Below, piece by piece: positions 29,377 to 44,559 of a stretch of DNA of 64,000 nucleotides. The notes under the pieces were generated by a model that saw only the letters and a program-made list of their open reading frames with translations, was not told the DNA's origin and searched no databases. Made by a program: the position numbers and the translations under genes. Each line of letters starts with the position of its first letter. Position 1 is the first letter of the stretch. The stretch is taken from positions 61,442,001 through 61,506,000 of the forward strand of contig NC_043007.1 in assembly GCF_006345805.1 (NCBI RefSeq). The letters are read 5' to 3'. The stretch is from Octopus sinensis (lineage: Eukaryota).

Positions 29377-30313
29377 CTGAAAGAAAAAAAAGTTTTAAAA
29401 AATGAGTGTACGAATTCAAGATGAAACTTAAGCTTCCTCACTCACAGAATATAACAAGAATTTTCATCAGCTTAGCCTTAAGCATACATGTTTTATTATG
29501 TTGTGAAACAATTGACCTTAAATAAGAATTTCCAATGGTTAAATAAATTTTATCATACTATATTTCTCTCATTATTTATAACTTAATGGTTTTCTCTTGT
29601 GCCTTACTTTATATTCTATATGTTTTGTAGAATGATACGTTAACGAGCTTTCCCTATATAATCACAAATGCAATTCTTTCCCAAATAAACTTCACTTCAT
29701 ATTCGAGGCTCCGATTGCATCTCATAGTGTAAACAGCTGTAAGCTAATGAAGTTTATAAGATAATCATTTATTTCATTGCCATCTCTCTCTCTTTCTCAT
29801 ATATATATAGGGCGGCTTTTAAGCTAGCTCCTGTGGAGGGCTCTTCATTAGGCCTTGGCCCAACAATGACACTTCATGCATTGAGTACATACTAAATTTT
29901 ATTAAACTTTAGCAATATTTTTCAAGTAATGAACAATTTTCATCAAAACAATGATAGAATATGTCAACTTGGAACTTATTGCAATGCTGCATGATGAATA
30001 ACAGTACCACCACCATCTGCCATACACACACCATTCAGACTTCTGGCGCTACCACCATCAATACCTTTGACTTCGCCGCCTTCCCCTCCATCACGATCAC
30101 CACTGTCTTTCACATCGCTTACTCTCACTTTATCCCTCATCGCCTCGGCTATTATCACCACCAACACTACCACCATCACCGCCACCTCCGCCTCTATCAC
30201 AACTACAGCTCATAATATTACTATCATCCCATTACCATCACAAAAAGGCAAAAGGTGTATGTTACTTCAGCGTGTTAGTGGTTAGTGGTCAGTCCCTCTT
30301 CCTTTTACACACG

Positions 30314-30358
<45 letters not shown>

Positions 30359-30532
30359 CCTCTGTGTCTATCTTTGCCACGGCCGTCAACGTCTCTATGC
30401 CTACTGTTATCTCACCTAAACATGAGCAATAGTAGGAGTGTCAATGAATAGTGAGATAGGGCAATATAGTGTGACACACTGACACACAGAAATTAGTTTC
30501 GCATTTATTATATTATATTATATTATACTATA

Positions 30533-30620
<88 letters not shown>

Positions 30621-30653
30621 ATATATATATATATAATATATTATATATATATA

Positions 30654-30717
<64 letters not shown>

Positions 30718-31225
30718 ATCTTATTATAAAAGGCAGATTGATCTGCCTCCCTTTGGGAGTTATACAAATCTACATATAGGATTTCTTCAATTACAATTTA
30801 CCTTGCATTTTTAAGAGTACAATGCATCGCGTCATGCCAGGTCCAGTTTTAAAATTTAAACTCCAGTTAAGCAAAATTTACAGAAAACTCACATTCTGGT
30901 GTGTGTGTCAAATGCTTTTCTTAGTCTGGTTTACAGCACACGCAAACGCACACACACAGTGGGCAACGAATAAAATGAAAGTAATTGACTTACTGTAGTG
31001 AGTGATTCTTTCACTCTGCCTCCCACTTCCTCTTTCCACACAGACACGCAAATATATAAATAAAATTGTAAGCTAACGTGCGTGTGTGTGAGTGGGTGTG
31101 TTTGGGTGTGCGCGCGTGTGTGTGTGTGAGGGTGCGTGTGTGTGTGTGTGTGTGCGTGTGCGTGAGTGTGTGACAGGAAAGTTTTTTTACGACCAATATA
31201 ACACCTATATCCAAGTAGCAGAAAG

Positions 31226-31705
31226 ATAAGGCAGTAAGGTGTGATTTGAGGGAGATTTGGCTGCTATTTCTACCATGTCTAGCTGCCATGTAGGGGTCTC
31301 CCTCATAGGCTCATACATACATATATACATAGATAAGACAGTAAGGTGTGATTTGGGGGAAATTTGGCTGCTATTTCTACCAGGTCTAGCTGCCATGTAG
31401 GGGTCTCCCTCATAGGCTCATACATACATATATACATAGATAAGACAGTAAGGTGTGATTTGGGGGAAATTTGGCTGCTATTTCTACCAGCTCTAGCTGC
31501 CATGTAGGGGTCTCCCTCATAGGCTCATACATACATATATACATAGATAAGACAGTAAGGTGTGATTTGGGGGAAATTTGGCTGCTATTTCTACCAGGTC
31601 TAGCTACCATGTAGAGGTCCCCCTCATTGGCTCATATATATATACATACATAAGACAGTAAGGTGTGATTTGAGGGAGATTTGGCTGCTGTTTCTACCAG
31701 GTCTG
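31226..31705. repeat. 107-bp minisatellite, about 4.5 copies
   Basis: ataag[ga]cagtaaggtgtgatttg recurs at 31226, 31333, 31440, 31547 and 31650. Confidence 0.9.
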
Positions 31706-32066
31706 TTAGGCCTTCTCATGTAAACTCAAGCTTTCTCATGCCTTGAACATAAGACCAAAGCAGAGAATGTATTCTTTTATTCTTCTGCTTTTTCCAGCCA
31801 TTGGTCTGTGGCCATGCTGGGGCAATGCCTTGAAGAATTGTAGTTTAATGAATCAACTCGTTTTATTTTTGTAAGCATTGTACTTATTCTATCTGTTTCC
31901 TTTGTCAAACCACTAGGTGACAGGGATGTAAACACACCAACATTCGTTGTCAAGCAGTGGTGGAGGACAATCACAAGCACAGACACGCACACACACACAT
32001 ACATGCATACACATATACACACATACATACATACATACATATATATATATGTGTGTATATATATAT

Positions 32067-32323
32067 TGCAGCGTGGAAGGTGTTTGTAAGCCATTTAAGA
32101 AACACACAAAAACCGTTACATTCACTTCAACATTTAAATTTAATTTGCCAAAATATTTTCGTCGCTTTGAGACCGCGACGTGTTCACTGACAAAAATATC
32201 GTGCTAACAGATCGCGGTCTCAAAGCGATGAAAATATTTTGACAAATTAAATTTAAATGTTGAAGTGAATCTAACGGTTTTTGTGTGTTTCTTAAATGGC
32301 TTATAAACACCTTCAACGCTGCA
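32067..32323. repeat. Near-perfect inverted repeat (~110-bp arms, ~33-bp spacer)
   Basis: tgcagcgtggaaggtgtttgtaagcc...gagaccgcga versus tcgcggtctc...ggcttataaacaccttcaacgctgca. Confidence 0.85.
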
Positions 32324-32388
32324 CCTGTTTTCGTTCCAGCACACGATCTCAGATCAAGTCACTTGCTATGCAAGTAAATCTCTGTAAC

Positions 32389-32420
<32 letters not shown>

Positions 32421-33057
32421 GTATATTGGTAAAAACAGTAAGATAACAAAAGAAAGAAAGAGACCTCAATATTATGTAAATAGAGGAAATCTTTATATAT
32501 AAAAGTGAGGTTGTGTCTGTCTCCTACGATTTAGATTCCTAACTACTCCCACATTTTGCGGTGCAGTTTAACCAAAACCGGGTATCTTATAGTCGTGATT
32601 CATATCGAGACCGTCTGGGTATTAGCGCGCGTCTACGATGAGTCTACGATTTAAAAAAAAATTTACCATCAATTTTTCCCATTTTTAATCCATTTTTGAC
32701 ATATAGAGGGAAGTAACTCTCTAAAATTTATTATTAAATCTCAGAACGTAAAAAGCTACAGTAACACCCCTCCCCCTTTGTGGTTAGCCATATTGAGATG
32801 GCTATTATACTTTACATCTCTAAAAATGCTTATATAATTATTTCCCTTACAAACCCGAGCAACGCCGGGCGATACTGCTAGTATATATATAAATGTATGC
32901 GTACGTAACCTATATAAGCGGTGATCGACATTTAGATGGAAACTAAACATATTTTTATCTTAGTTCGATGTCGCGACGAGCATCTAACAGAAGACACGCA
33001 CACACACAGGCAAACATACACACGCACGCGATACACGCACATGTAAACACACATGTA

Positions 33058-33098
<41 letters not shown>

Positions 33099-33351
33099 GC
33101 TTTATTAAAAAGCGGTAAATATATCACAAAAACTGTTACTCACAGTTTTACGTACCCGTTTGTCGGACAGTTTTGTTTAGAGTTCTAAACAAAACTGTCC
33201 GACGAACGGGAACGTGAAACCGAGTAACAGTTTTTGTGATATTTTTGCCGCTTAAAAATTTTTTTTTAAATTTTTAATGACGAACATTACTCTACCTCTT
33301 GTATTCGAGTACTATATTTGCCACCTTGTTTTGCATTTATGTGCTTACTCT

Positions 33352-33424
<73 letters not shown>

Positions 33425-33516
33425 TGACTTGAAAGACTTCACCAGGTGGTGCTATTAAGTTAGACATGGCCTGGGCCAATAATGGCCGAAACCTATCAAA
33501 GTATCAAAGTATCAAA

Positions 33517-33593
<77 letters not shown>

Positions 33594-34670
33594 CGTGTGT
33601 GTGTGTGTATATACGTATGCATGTATCTATGTATATATTGTTAATATGGCGTGTTATCCAGAGAGCACGTTTACTAAGGAAAGGAACAGACTACAATATT
33701 TTCTACATTAGGCATGGTTCCGTGGTTAAGAAGTTTCTTATGGACCCACGCAGTTCATGGTTCAGTCCAGCTGCGCAGCACTGTGGTGCAAGTGTCTTCT
33801 ACTAGAAACCCGAGGAACTCAATACCTTTAAGAAAATATTTGTTCTGTCTACGGAAATGAAGGGGTAATGTTTCAGCGAGCTTTGATCAGCAAATTTTCC
33901 TGTTGTATAATCAGTGATCAACAAAAATAATTGATTGGGACAGACGAGTGTAGATGGCTAGCGTCGTTGTCGGCGCGTGCTACCACAGGTTACAGTCTGA
34001 TCGAAAACGTTTGTTTGATATGAGCACGCCGAAACCCATTTTTGCCAGTGATTCGTGTTTGCCATCATTTCATAAACTTTTCAACAACCGATTTTGCATT
34101 GACTTTCATATGCCAAGATCTATTTCTTTCTCTCTCTTTCTCTCCCCCGCTCTGTCTCTCCTACTCTCTCTCTCCCGCTCCCTCTCTACCTCTCCTGCTC
34201 TCTCTCTCCGTCTGACATACTCACACAGACACAGGTTCAAATACATGCGCGCAACACATACAAAGTTGGTGCAGCATGGCCAAAATGGTTTAGAAGTTAG
34301 CGTCTTAAAGACGAAATACCGGTTTCGATTCCACTGCATGAAGTCTTGGACAAATGTTTCCTGCCACAATCAGGTTTTCCCTTGTCTTGTGAATTAAATT
34401 GGGAAACTATATAGAAGCTGGTCTTGAGGATTGCATCTGCAATTCCAAAAGCTACATTCTTGTCATCTGCTCGTGTCACACTTATTCTACCTAAGAATTA
34501 CATTAAGGGGACATGTTTCTCCTGAATACCTAAGCATTTAAACTTTATTTCAGAAGCAGGTTATTTACCTGATTGGACAATGGAATCCTCATTATCGAAC
34601 GATGAAGATCCACCACACATACGCTCGCATGCACACGCAAGCACACACGCACACACATAGACTCACACAT

Positions 34671-34708
<38 letters not shown>

Positions 34709-35074
34709 CGTACACACATTCACAAATGTCCATACATACCATCTAAATACCGCCATCTACGCACACACAGACATGTGACCCACTGCATAATAGCAAAATC
34801 AAAGGTCAACCAGTAAGGAATGGATCATACAAGTTGTTGCCACATAAACATTAATAACTGTGACTGCCTTTCAGTTCACACGAACAAGTGTTGTTTCCAT
34901 TTTTATATTCGTCCCTTCTACGTTTCGATCTTTACCAGCGAACACACTGAATAAAACACAGAATGTGATTGAAAAATTGACATTAAACTCTAGTAAAGAA
35001 GTTGGAGATGTTGCGCGTTAGAACTTAACTAGTGATCAATAAAATCTGTTTGGAAAGAATCTTTTAGTTATTAC

Positions 35075-35221
35075 CTTTAGTTTTTGAGAAAGGGCATTTC
35101 TTTTCGGTGCATATAACAGCTCCAGTGTACTTGCAAATGCACTGATTGCATTCATCTGCGGATTCGAACGTTTGCCCAATTACGTATATTTTTCCGTTGT
35201 AGCTGCATTCTATTTTAGTGA
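35075..35221 (-). CDS. Six-Cys module exon (147 bp)
   Basis: Acceptor cttttcag, donor AAG|GTAATA. Translation (V)TKIECSYNGKIYVIGQTFESADECNQCICKYTGAVICTEKKCPFSKTK. Not in the ORF track. Confidence 0.88.
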
Positions 35222-35774
35222 CTGAAAAGGGAAAATGTGTAGAAATTCAAGATGAAAACTTAAGTTTTCTCAGTCATAGAATATAACAACAAAAATATTG
35301 ATCAGCTCAGCCTTACACATACACAAATATACATAGAGATATACTTATAAAGATATTGCGACGTGAGCCTATCATATGTATATCTATATACGATGGACTC
35401 CCATGTCGAAGACGACGTATGAGTGTCTAGCTTTATCCGAACGTCGTGTACAACCAATTTGTTTATAGTGATCAAGTTTATGTGCTGTACATTAGCTCAC
35501 TCCCTCCATCAAATCGACGCTGTCTGTATATGTGAACGGTGTACCACGCGTCAGGTGTTGAATTGATTGCTGAGTAATGTCAGACTAAGTGATGTGGTGA
35601 AGTACACAACGCACCACTCGGTCTAGAAAATGAAACCATGGTCCCGCAACGACCACATCACTAGGTCATCCGTTCTCGATCGCATTTAAATATAAACGTG
35701 TAACTGCGATCGAGATATAAATGGCAACGGAACATACTGTTGCCTTAATTAGGCGTGCCTACGAGCATCCAGCC

Positions 35775-36116
35775 AACTTATAAACAAGGGCAAAAGAAAA
35801 AATTCTAATGCCAAATATGCCGAAAATCGACTTAAATCGTCAATAACCATATAATTCATCACTATAAGCACGCGTCTCGAAGCCGACAGAAATTTCAAAA
35901 AATTCCGTTATTAACGTATCTATTCCGTTATTAACGTATCGGTCCCGTTATTATCGTATCGGAACCGATACGACAATAACGGAATTTTTTGAAATTTCTG
36001 TCGGCTTACTTCGAGACGCGTGCTTATAGTGATGAATTATATGGTTATTGACGATTTAAGTCGATTTTCGGCATATTTGGCATTAGAATTTTTTCTTTTG
36101 CCCTTGTTTACAAGTT
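35775..36116. repeat. Foldback palindrome (~340 bp) with a 20-bp repeat core
   Basis: aacttataaacaagggcaaaag... mirrored by ...cttttgcccttgtttacaagtt; centre holds three ttccgttattaacgtatc-like units. Confidence 0.85.
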
Positions 36117-36759
36117 GTTTATAAATTTAACCTTTAAAGGTATTTTTTAATACGCTGGCCATTGATAGAATTTTTTCGAAAAATTTTATCCTATATCAGA
36201 TGTAAATTTATATATATATATATATTGATAAAACGGTAAGATAACAAAAGAAAGAAAGAGACCTCAATATTATGTAAATAGAGGAAATTTATCTATACAA
36301 TATGTTACATTACTCGGTAGTCAAGATAATGGAGAGATGGCTTATCTGGAAAAGCAGCTTAGACCCTACTACATGTCTAAATACAAGGACAGAGCTTTTC
36401 GGATCATGCCCACATGTGACTAAATTTCTGTTACGTTTTTGGTCCCCTAAAGAAAACAGATAGAACATGCTTTCTATGTTATGTCCCAAGAAGAATTTAT
36501 ATATTTTTATATATTTTTATATATTTTTATATATTTTTAATATATTTTTTATGTATTTTTATATAATTTTTATGACGAAAAATGCGAGCGATGTATAAGT
36601 ACGCAGGCAAGCAGAGTTATAACAGAGTAATTTCCCTTTATTTAACGGTATTTTTTCATAACGTTTTCAAATAGCCAGATAACCGAAGAGATGGTGTTGT
36701 GGATTTCCACTTCGGCATCTGAAACTCAGAGTTATCTTGACTACCGAGTAATGTAACAT

Positions 36760-36834
<75 letters not shown>

Positions 36835-37107
36835 TGACATCCAGAGAGCGCGTTTACTAAGAAAAGTACAAGATTTTACCGACGAGGCATTATTTTGTTG
36901 TCAAGGAATGTCCTTCGCAACCATAGAGTTTCTGGTTGAGTCCCACTATGCGGCACAGTGGTCAATTGTTTTCTACCTGCATTAGATATGAAGCTGTAAG
37001 TGTCCGGACATACCATCGATGCTTTGACTAGTTTTGATTAGGTAGTCTGTCTGTTGCAGATACCCCTTTATCGAGACTATATTGTTTTCAATGATAAACA
37101 ATAATAA

Positions 37108-39120
37108 CACTGTGCAACACTCAAAAAAGTACAGGAGATCTGTGGCCATTTTTATATGCAAAATGACATTGGAAATCCATTTCTGGCCGTCTTTTTGTTG
37201 AATTAGGCGTGGTTTCTATAGAATTGTCACTGTATACCCTATTTTTCATTATTATTAAACAAAATTCTCTACCGCATTGTATAATGGGTTTCAATCCAGG
37301 GCTAGAGACCAATCTTAGTAACACCTACAATGTAATTCAAAGCTTATGTTTAATATTATTTTTTATCGTTCAGATCTTATTTGTTTTCAAGAATGAGTGC
37401 AAGACAGTTAAAAAATGATCCAAAGAGATTCTGTTATATCTGTGAGGAATTGACTTATGCTAAAGAAAACGCAGTATTACAGGCCATATCAAGAAAATAT
37501 ACAGGGTGTACTTCGATTTTTACTTAGGAAACCAAGATAAGTCATGGACTCCTCATGTGTGTTGCCTTACATGTGTGATGACATTGAGTGCTTGGTATGC
37601 AGGAAAAAATGTTCACATGAAGTTTGGTGTGCTGATGATTTGGCGTGAGCAGAAAAATCACTCTAGAGATTGCTATTTCTATCACCATGACTTTACAGGC
37701 TGTACTACTGCAAAGAAAAAGAAACACATTGTTTGCCCAAATTTGCAATCAGCAATACGCCCAATAGAGCAATCAGAAAATTTACTTGTGCCCAATCCTC
37801 CAGATAAAGAAATGAAGAGTTCCAGCAGTGCTGATGAACACTCCAGTGGTGAATGTGTAGAGCTCAATGATCCAGAAAGTGAGAAACCAATACCATTTTC
37901 TCAAGAGGCTCTAAATGACTTGTGCAGGAATCTCTATTTAACCAAAGAGAAAAGTGAGTTTCTGGCATCAAGGCTTCAATAACGTAATCTTCTTGAGAAA
38001 GGAGTGAAGATAACACTGTACAGAAAGCGTACACAATGGTAACACTCTGCATTCTGTTCCCATAGGTTATAGCACAACCCTGAAAGAATCTTATGAAAAT
38101 CTGAAAGCAATTCTAACAAGGATACAATATGATGACTATACTTGGAATATTTATGCAGATTTTATGGTTGTGGTCATGCTTACTGGCCTTCAGCTTGGCT
38201 ATACTAAATGTTGCTTCTTCCTGTGCTTATGTAATTTCAGAGCAAGAGCTGAACATTAAGTACACAAGGATTGGCCGATCCGAGATGAAATTGAGCAAGG
38301 AAAACAACATCATGCACAAACCACTTGTGAAAAGTGATAGAATTTTTTTACCACCTTTGCATATTAAACTTGGTTTGTTTAAGCAATTTGTGAAAGCCTT
38401 GGACAAGGAATCCTCCGCATTTGCATATCTTGCAGAAAAGTTCCCTTCCCTGAGTCAAGCTAAAATTAAAGAAGGTTTCTTATTAGGTCCCCAAATTCGA
38501 AAAATTATACTTGATGAAACCTTCATCACACATCTCAAGAGAAAAGAGAAGCTTGCCTTTGAGTCATTCAAGAAAGTTTGCAATAACTTCCTGAACAACC
38601 ATCGTTCAGAAGACTCTGTGCACATTGTGAATGATCTGCTGAGTCATTATCATGATATGGGATGTAACATGTCTCTAAAAGTACATGTGCTTCACTCCTC
38701 CCATTTGGATTTTTTTGCGGAAAATCTTGGTGATGTGAGTGATGAACATGGCGAAAGATTCCATCAGGATATTTCAGTGATGGAGTGACGATTCAAAGGA
38801 AAATGGAACCCTGGTATGTTGGCAGACTACTGCTGGGGTTTGTTTAAACTGACAGGTGTGTTTTTAATTCATAACCAATATATGTTTTGTTATACCAACT
38901 AAATATTTGTTTTGTTTTTTGTAACTATAAGTATTTGCAATGTTGTGTTCAATACGCAATATTATGCAGTGTATTATAAAACATATGGTTCATGGTACAG
39001 GAAAACGGTGCCTAATCTGGAGAAATAAAGATCAGAATCAGAATCAGGACAATTTTTTGACCTAGAAACAAGTCTTACTTAACTTGTACTTTTTTTGAAG
39101 CTGAAATTTGTTGCACAGTG
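37108..39120 (+). mobile_element. Full-length Chapaev3-like (CMC) DNA transposon with disrupted transposase
   Basis: TIR CACTGTGCAAC at both ends and 3-bp TSD TAA. Motifs QDKSWTPHVCCLTC, WREQKNHSRDCYF, PPLHIKLGLFKQFVKAL, CNMSLKVH, SDEHGERFHQDI. Family name from recall of these motifs and the TWA TSD. Confidence 0.75.
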
Positions 39121-40574
39121 TAATCGATTACACAGATGGCGGAAGGCGCCCAACGTTCTTCACGGCGAATGTTACGACAAATTGGACTATAATCGAAAAG
39201 GTTTGTCTTATACAAACACGCTGAAAGTAATTTTTGCCAGTGTTTCGTGTCTGCTATCATTTCAACACTCCTCAAAAAACATATTTCTTTTTACATTGTC
39301 CTCGCCTCGATGCTAAAGATAGTAGGCTAAAGCCGGAAAAGACATACCGTTCTCGTGATCCTGAGATATACATTGCTAAAACTTAAAACAAACACTAAAG
39401 AGACTGACAGAAATGTAATAGTAATCGCGATAGTAGAAAGAATAACAGGGAGCACATTTCGGACACCATCTCTGCTATCATCTTTTCGGAGCTGCTTGAA
39501 GAATGCGTTTAAGAAGATATTTTTTTCCTTCGACGTGAAAGGAAATGAATAAGTGATTGCCTACATTGTAATTATTTTATCTAATATATACACATGGACA
39601 AGCAATTTTTACGAGCGGCACGTGCAAGTCACTGATCGAAAAAACTTATTTCGATCTCATTTTTTTACTTACGCTGTCGTCAATCGTCAGGTGTAAAAGA
39701 TAACGGGCGTCACCTTGACATGTCTTTTACTTACATGTGCCGCAATCTGTTCCTCTTTCTTTCTCTTATAGACACAGACACAGACAAACACACATACACA
39801 TACTCACGCACAAACACGCACAAACACGCACACACACATACACATACACAGTTGGTGCAGTATGGACGAAATGGTTAAGAAGTTAGTTTCGTAAAGACGA
39901 GATCCCAGCTTCGATCGCAGTACATGGCGTCCTGACCAAATGCCTTAGACACAGATCGACCCACAACATTTGACCAAAGGTAGGAGACTATATAGAAGCT
40001 TGTCTGCAGATTTGCATCTGCAATTCCGAAAGATACGTTCTTGTCATATATTTGTGTCATTCTGATTCTGCCTTAGAATTACATTAAGGGCACGTGTTTC
40101 TCTGGAACACTCAACCACTTAAACGTTATTTCAGAAGCTGATCGGACAACTGAATCCTCATGGTCGACCGATGAAGATCTACACACACTCATACATGCAT
40201 ACACACAGAGACAGACACGCATACACACAAACACACATGCACATGTATACACACATATATACACCACCCCACCCCCACATACAGATACACACATACACAC
40301 AGACATATAGCAAAATCAGTGCCCAACCAAGCAAAATCAGTGCCCAACACATACACACAGACATATAGCAAAATCAGTGCCCAACCAGAACGGAAAGAGG
40401 ACCCTACAAGTTGTTGCTACATAAACAACAATAATTGTAAATGCATTTCAGTTCGTTCCACTTTCTGGCCCGTAACAGCGAAAATACTGAATAACCATGG
40501 TCAAGAAGTTGTGCATAAGAACTTAACTAGTGATGAGAAAAAAAACTGTTTGAAAAACATGTTTTAGTTATTAC

Positions 40575-40721
40575 CTGTAATTTTTGTGGGAGGACATATC
40601 TTTTCGGTGCATAAAACGTCACCAGTGGGCTTGCATGTGCACTGATTACATTTATCAATGGCTATGAATGTTTGCCCAATTACGTATATTTTTCCTTCAT
40701 AGCGGCATTCTACTTTAGTTA
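40575..40721 (-). CDS. Six-Cys module exon (147 bp)
   Basis: Acceptor cttttcag, donor CAG|GTAATA. Translation (V)[48 protein letters not shown]. Confidence 0.88.
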
Positions 40722-40914
40722 CTGAAAAGAAAAAAAGAGTTGTGTACGAATTCAAGATGAAACTGAAGATTCTTCACTTAAAAAATATAACAAGAAAAAA
40801 TATTGATCAGCTCAGCTGTACACACTCAATTCAGAAATGCACACAGACACACACATATACAGATATGACGAGGAGAGCTTACCATATGTATATGCATACA
40901 TGCATAAATACACA

Positions 40915-40985
<71 letters not shown>

Positions 40986-41064
40986 GTATCTATATATATG
41001 TATATATATGTACCATACATACATACATACATGATGCATGCATACATACGTACATATATATATA

Positions 41065-42167
<1,103 letters not shown>

Positions 42168-43424
42168 ATATATATATATATATATATTAGAAGAAATGAG
42201 GTACTCAGAGATTCGGATGGTTTTATATTTACAGATATTTATTTGTATATCACATGTTTTTATACATCATATATTATATATCATATATCATATGTATTAG
42301 CGCTTTCGTCCAGTCTAGTGGAGTTTTCAAATTGAACTAAGTTCTTGGGTAAAAGTTGACCATTTTTATAGTGTTATTGAGTGTGTAGTGGTGGGAAGGG
42401 ATATGAGATTGTACAAGAGGGTGATGAATGGGGAGAAAGTAAGAGAGAGCATGTGTGTGTGCGTGTGTGTGTGTATGTGTATGTGTGCTTTTGTTTCTGA
42501 AAGAGGTGTTAAAGAAAAAGAAGGAAAGGAAGAAAAAGGAGGGAAAGAAGAAAAAATTGTTTGGTTGGTATTTTTGTAACTGGTCAGGATGTTTACTCCA
42601 AGGGGGGCAAAATGTCACTTTTCAAAAAAATTGTCTGGATTTCTTTTTTATCATTGTCTAGTGAGAGTTTGTGTGTGTGTGTGTATCTGAAAGACGTATT
42701 AAAGAAAATGAAGGAAAGGAGGAAGAAGGGGAGAAATTTTGTTGATATCCTTGCAGCTGTTTGTCAATAATAATTCTTGGCTTACAGTGATTGTAAATCC
42801 AGCTGTTTTTGTCCAAGGGGGGAAGCAAAATGTCACTTTTCAATAAATTGTTTGTATTTCTTTTTTATCATTGTCTTGTGAGAGTGTGTGTGTGTGGGTG
42901 TTTATGTGCGCGCGCGTGTGTGTGTACGTGTGTGTTTTTGTATCTGAAAGAAGTGTTAAGGAGGAATGGTCAAGTTGTTAAAAATAACCAGTCATTGGCT
43001 TTTAGCAATGGTCAAGCCAGCTGGGGGCCAGAATGTCACTTTTAAAAAAATTATCTGGATTTCCTTTTTATCATTGTCTTGTGAGAGTGTGTGTGTATGT
43101 ATGTGCGTGGGTGTCTGCATATCTGAAAGGAGTGTAAAAAAAGTGTTTATATTTTTGCAACTGTAAATACCTTACTTTTATTCCCTATTCCCTACCAGGA
43201 CTTAAGATATACATACATAAATACATACATACATACATAGATATATATTTAACAATTCTTATAAATAAATAAATTATTCATAGCAGTTATTATAGTCCAC
43301 TCTGCGTTGTTGCGCCATTCCATACACGTTACATTTCACAAACAACGCACAATGCTTCCAGTGAAATGCAATACCTCTGTATATATATATACATACATAC
43401 ATGCATATATATATAAAACTATAT

Positions 43425-43483
<59 letters not shown>

Positions 43484-43603
43484 ATTTTGCAATTAAGGAC
43501 AACTACTTAATAAGGAAAACTTAACAAGAAATTGTCAGGTAGATAGCGTAAAAACCTCATAAGAGAAAAAATTTCGAAAATAATTATTTCTTATTGAACA
43601 TAT

Positions 43604-43978
43604 TAATTTATATATAGAGGGCATAATTATACATACATGCCAGGAGGCATTATATATACACATGCCAAACGCTAAGAGGGACAATCAGTCATTTCTACCA
43701 AAAATATTACTAATCCCACCGAATGCAATTTTTCAAAGTAAGACATTTAAAAATATAGGCCTGTATCACAGTGATTTCATACTTACGTAATCATCATGAT
43801 TACGTAAGTATGAAATCACTGTGATACAGGCCTATATTTTTAAATGTCTTACTTTGAAAAATTGCATTCGGTGGGATTAGTAATATTTTTGGTAGAAATG
43901 ACTGATTGTCCCTCTTAGCGTTTGGCATGTGTATATATAATGCCTCCTGGCATGTATGTATAATTATGCCCTCTATAT

Positions 43979-43986
<8 letters not shown>
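43604..43986. repeat. Perfect 383-bp palindrome (191-bp arms, 1-nt spacer)
   Basis: Centre acttacgtaatcat-C-atgattacgtaagt at 43795; arms checked by hand with no mismatch found. Confidence 0.9.
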
Positions 43987-44012
<26 letters not shown>

Positions 44013-44516
44013 CCGTAAATCCTCGAGTATAATCCGCATTTATTTCTCAAAATTTAAAGGTCAAAGTCCCTAGTGCGTACTATATACGAGGTTAAAAATG
44101 TAAAAATGAAAATTGTTTTCTAAGCAATGTCATAGTCTTTATTTCCTGTCCGGCATTGTTTATTCAGACGTATTTTGTGATGTCGGGCGCGAAAATACCT
44201 TAAGCTAAGCCTAAAAGCAATGAAGTCATAAAAGAATAATCTATAACTTGCAGTAAGCAACATTTATTAAACGTTATTACTGTAATTACTGTTATTTCTT
44301 TATTTTCTGCAAACAAAATGCACAAAAAAGCTACACGTTTACATCGTTATATGTACAATAATAATAAAGGACGTTACCGTATACATTTTTACAAACCAAG
44401 ACGTTATATAGACCTCCTTGACTCAAGTTAGAGAAGGGGTGTTTCTCAGAGGTACAGCCCCCTAAAAATCCTCTGCGTATTATACTGAAGGGCGGACTAT
44501 ACTCGAAGAATTACGG
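44013..44516. mobile_element. pogo/Tigger-like MITE
   Basis: TA|CCGTAAATCCTCGAGTATA ... TATACTCGAAGAATTACGG|TA terminal inverted repeats. Confidence 0.7.
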
Positions 44517-44559
44517 TATATATAGTAGTAACAGAAAGGAGGAATTTCGATTATCCCCA

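Larger units (their letters stand above)
30719..32881 (+). mobile_element. Non-autonomous Helitron carrying a 107-bp minisatellite, a SINE piece and a palindrome
   Basis: 5' TCTTATTATAAAAGGCAG and 3' cccgagcaacgccggg...CTAG|T, as at 11276 and 12857. Confidence 0.75.

Noticed and set aside
35020-35320. Complementarity between post-donor tattgatca and pre-acceptor tgatcaata as a docking/selector pair
   Set aside because: Only 9 bp, six from the self-palindrome TGATCA, and absent from the mini-introns.
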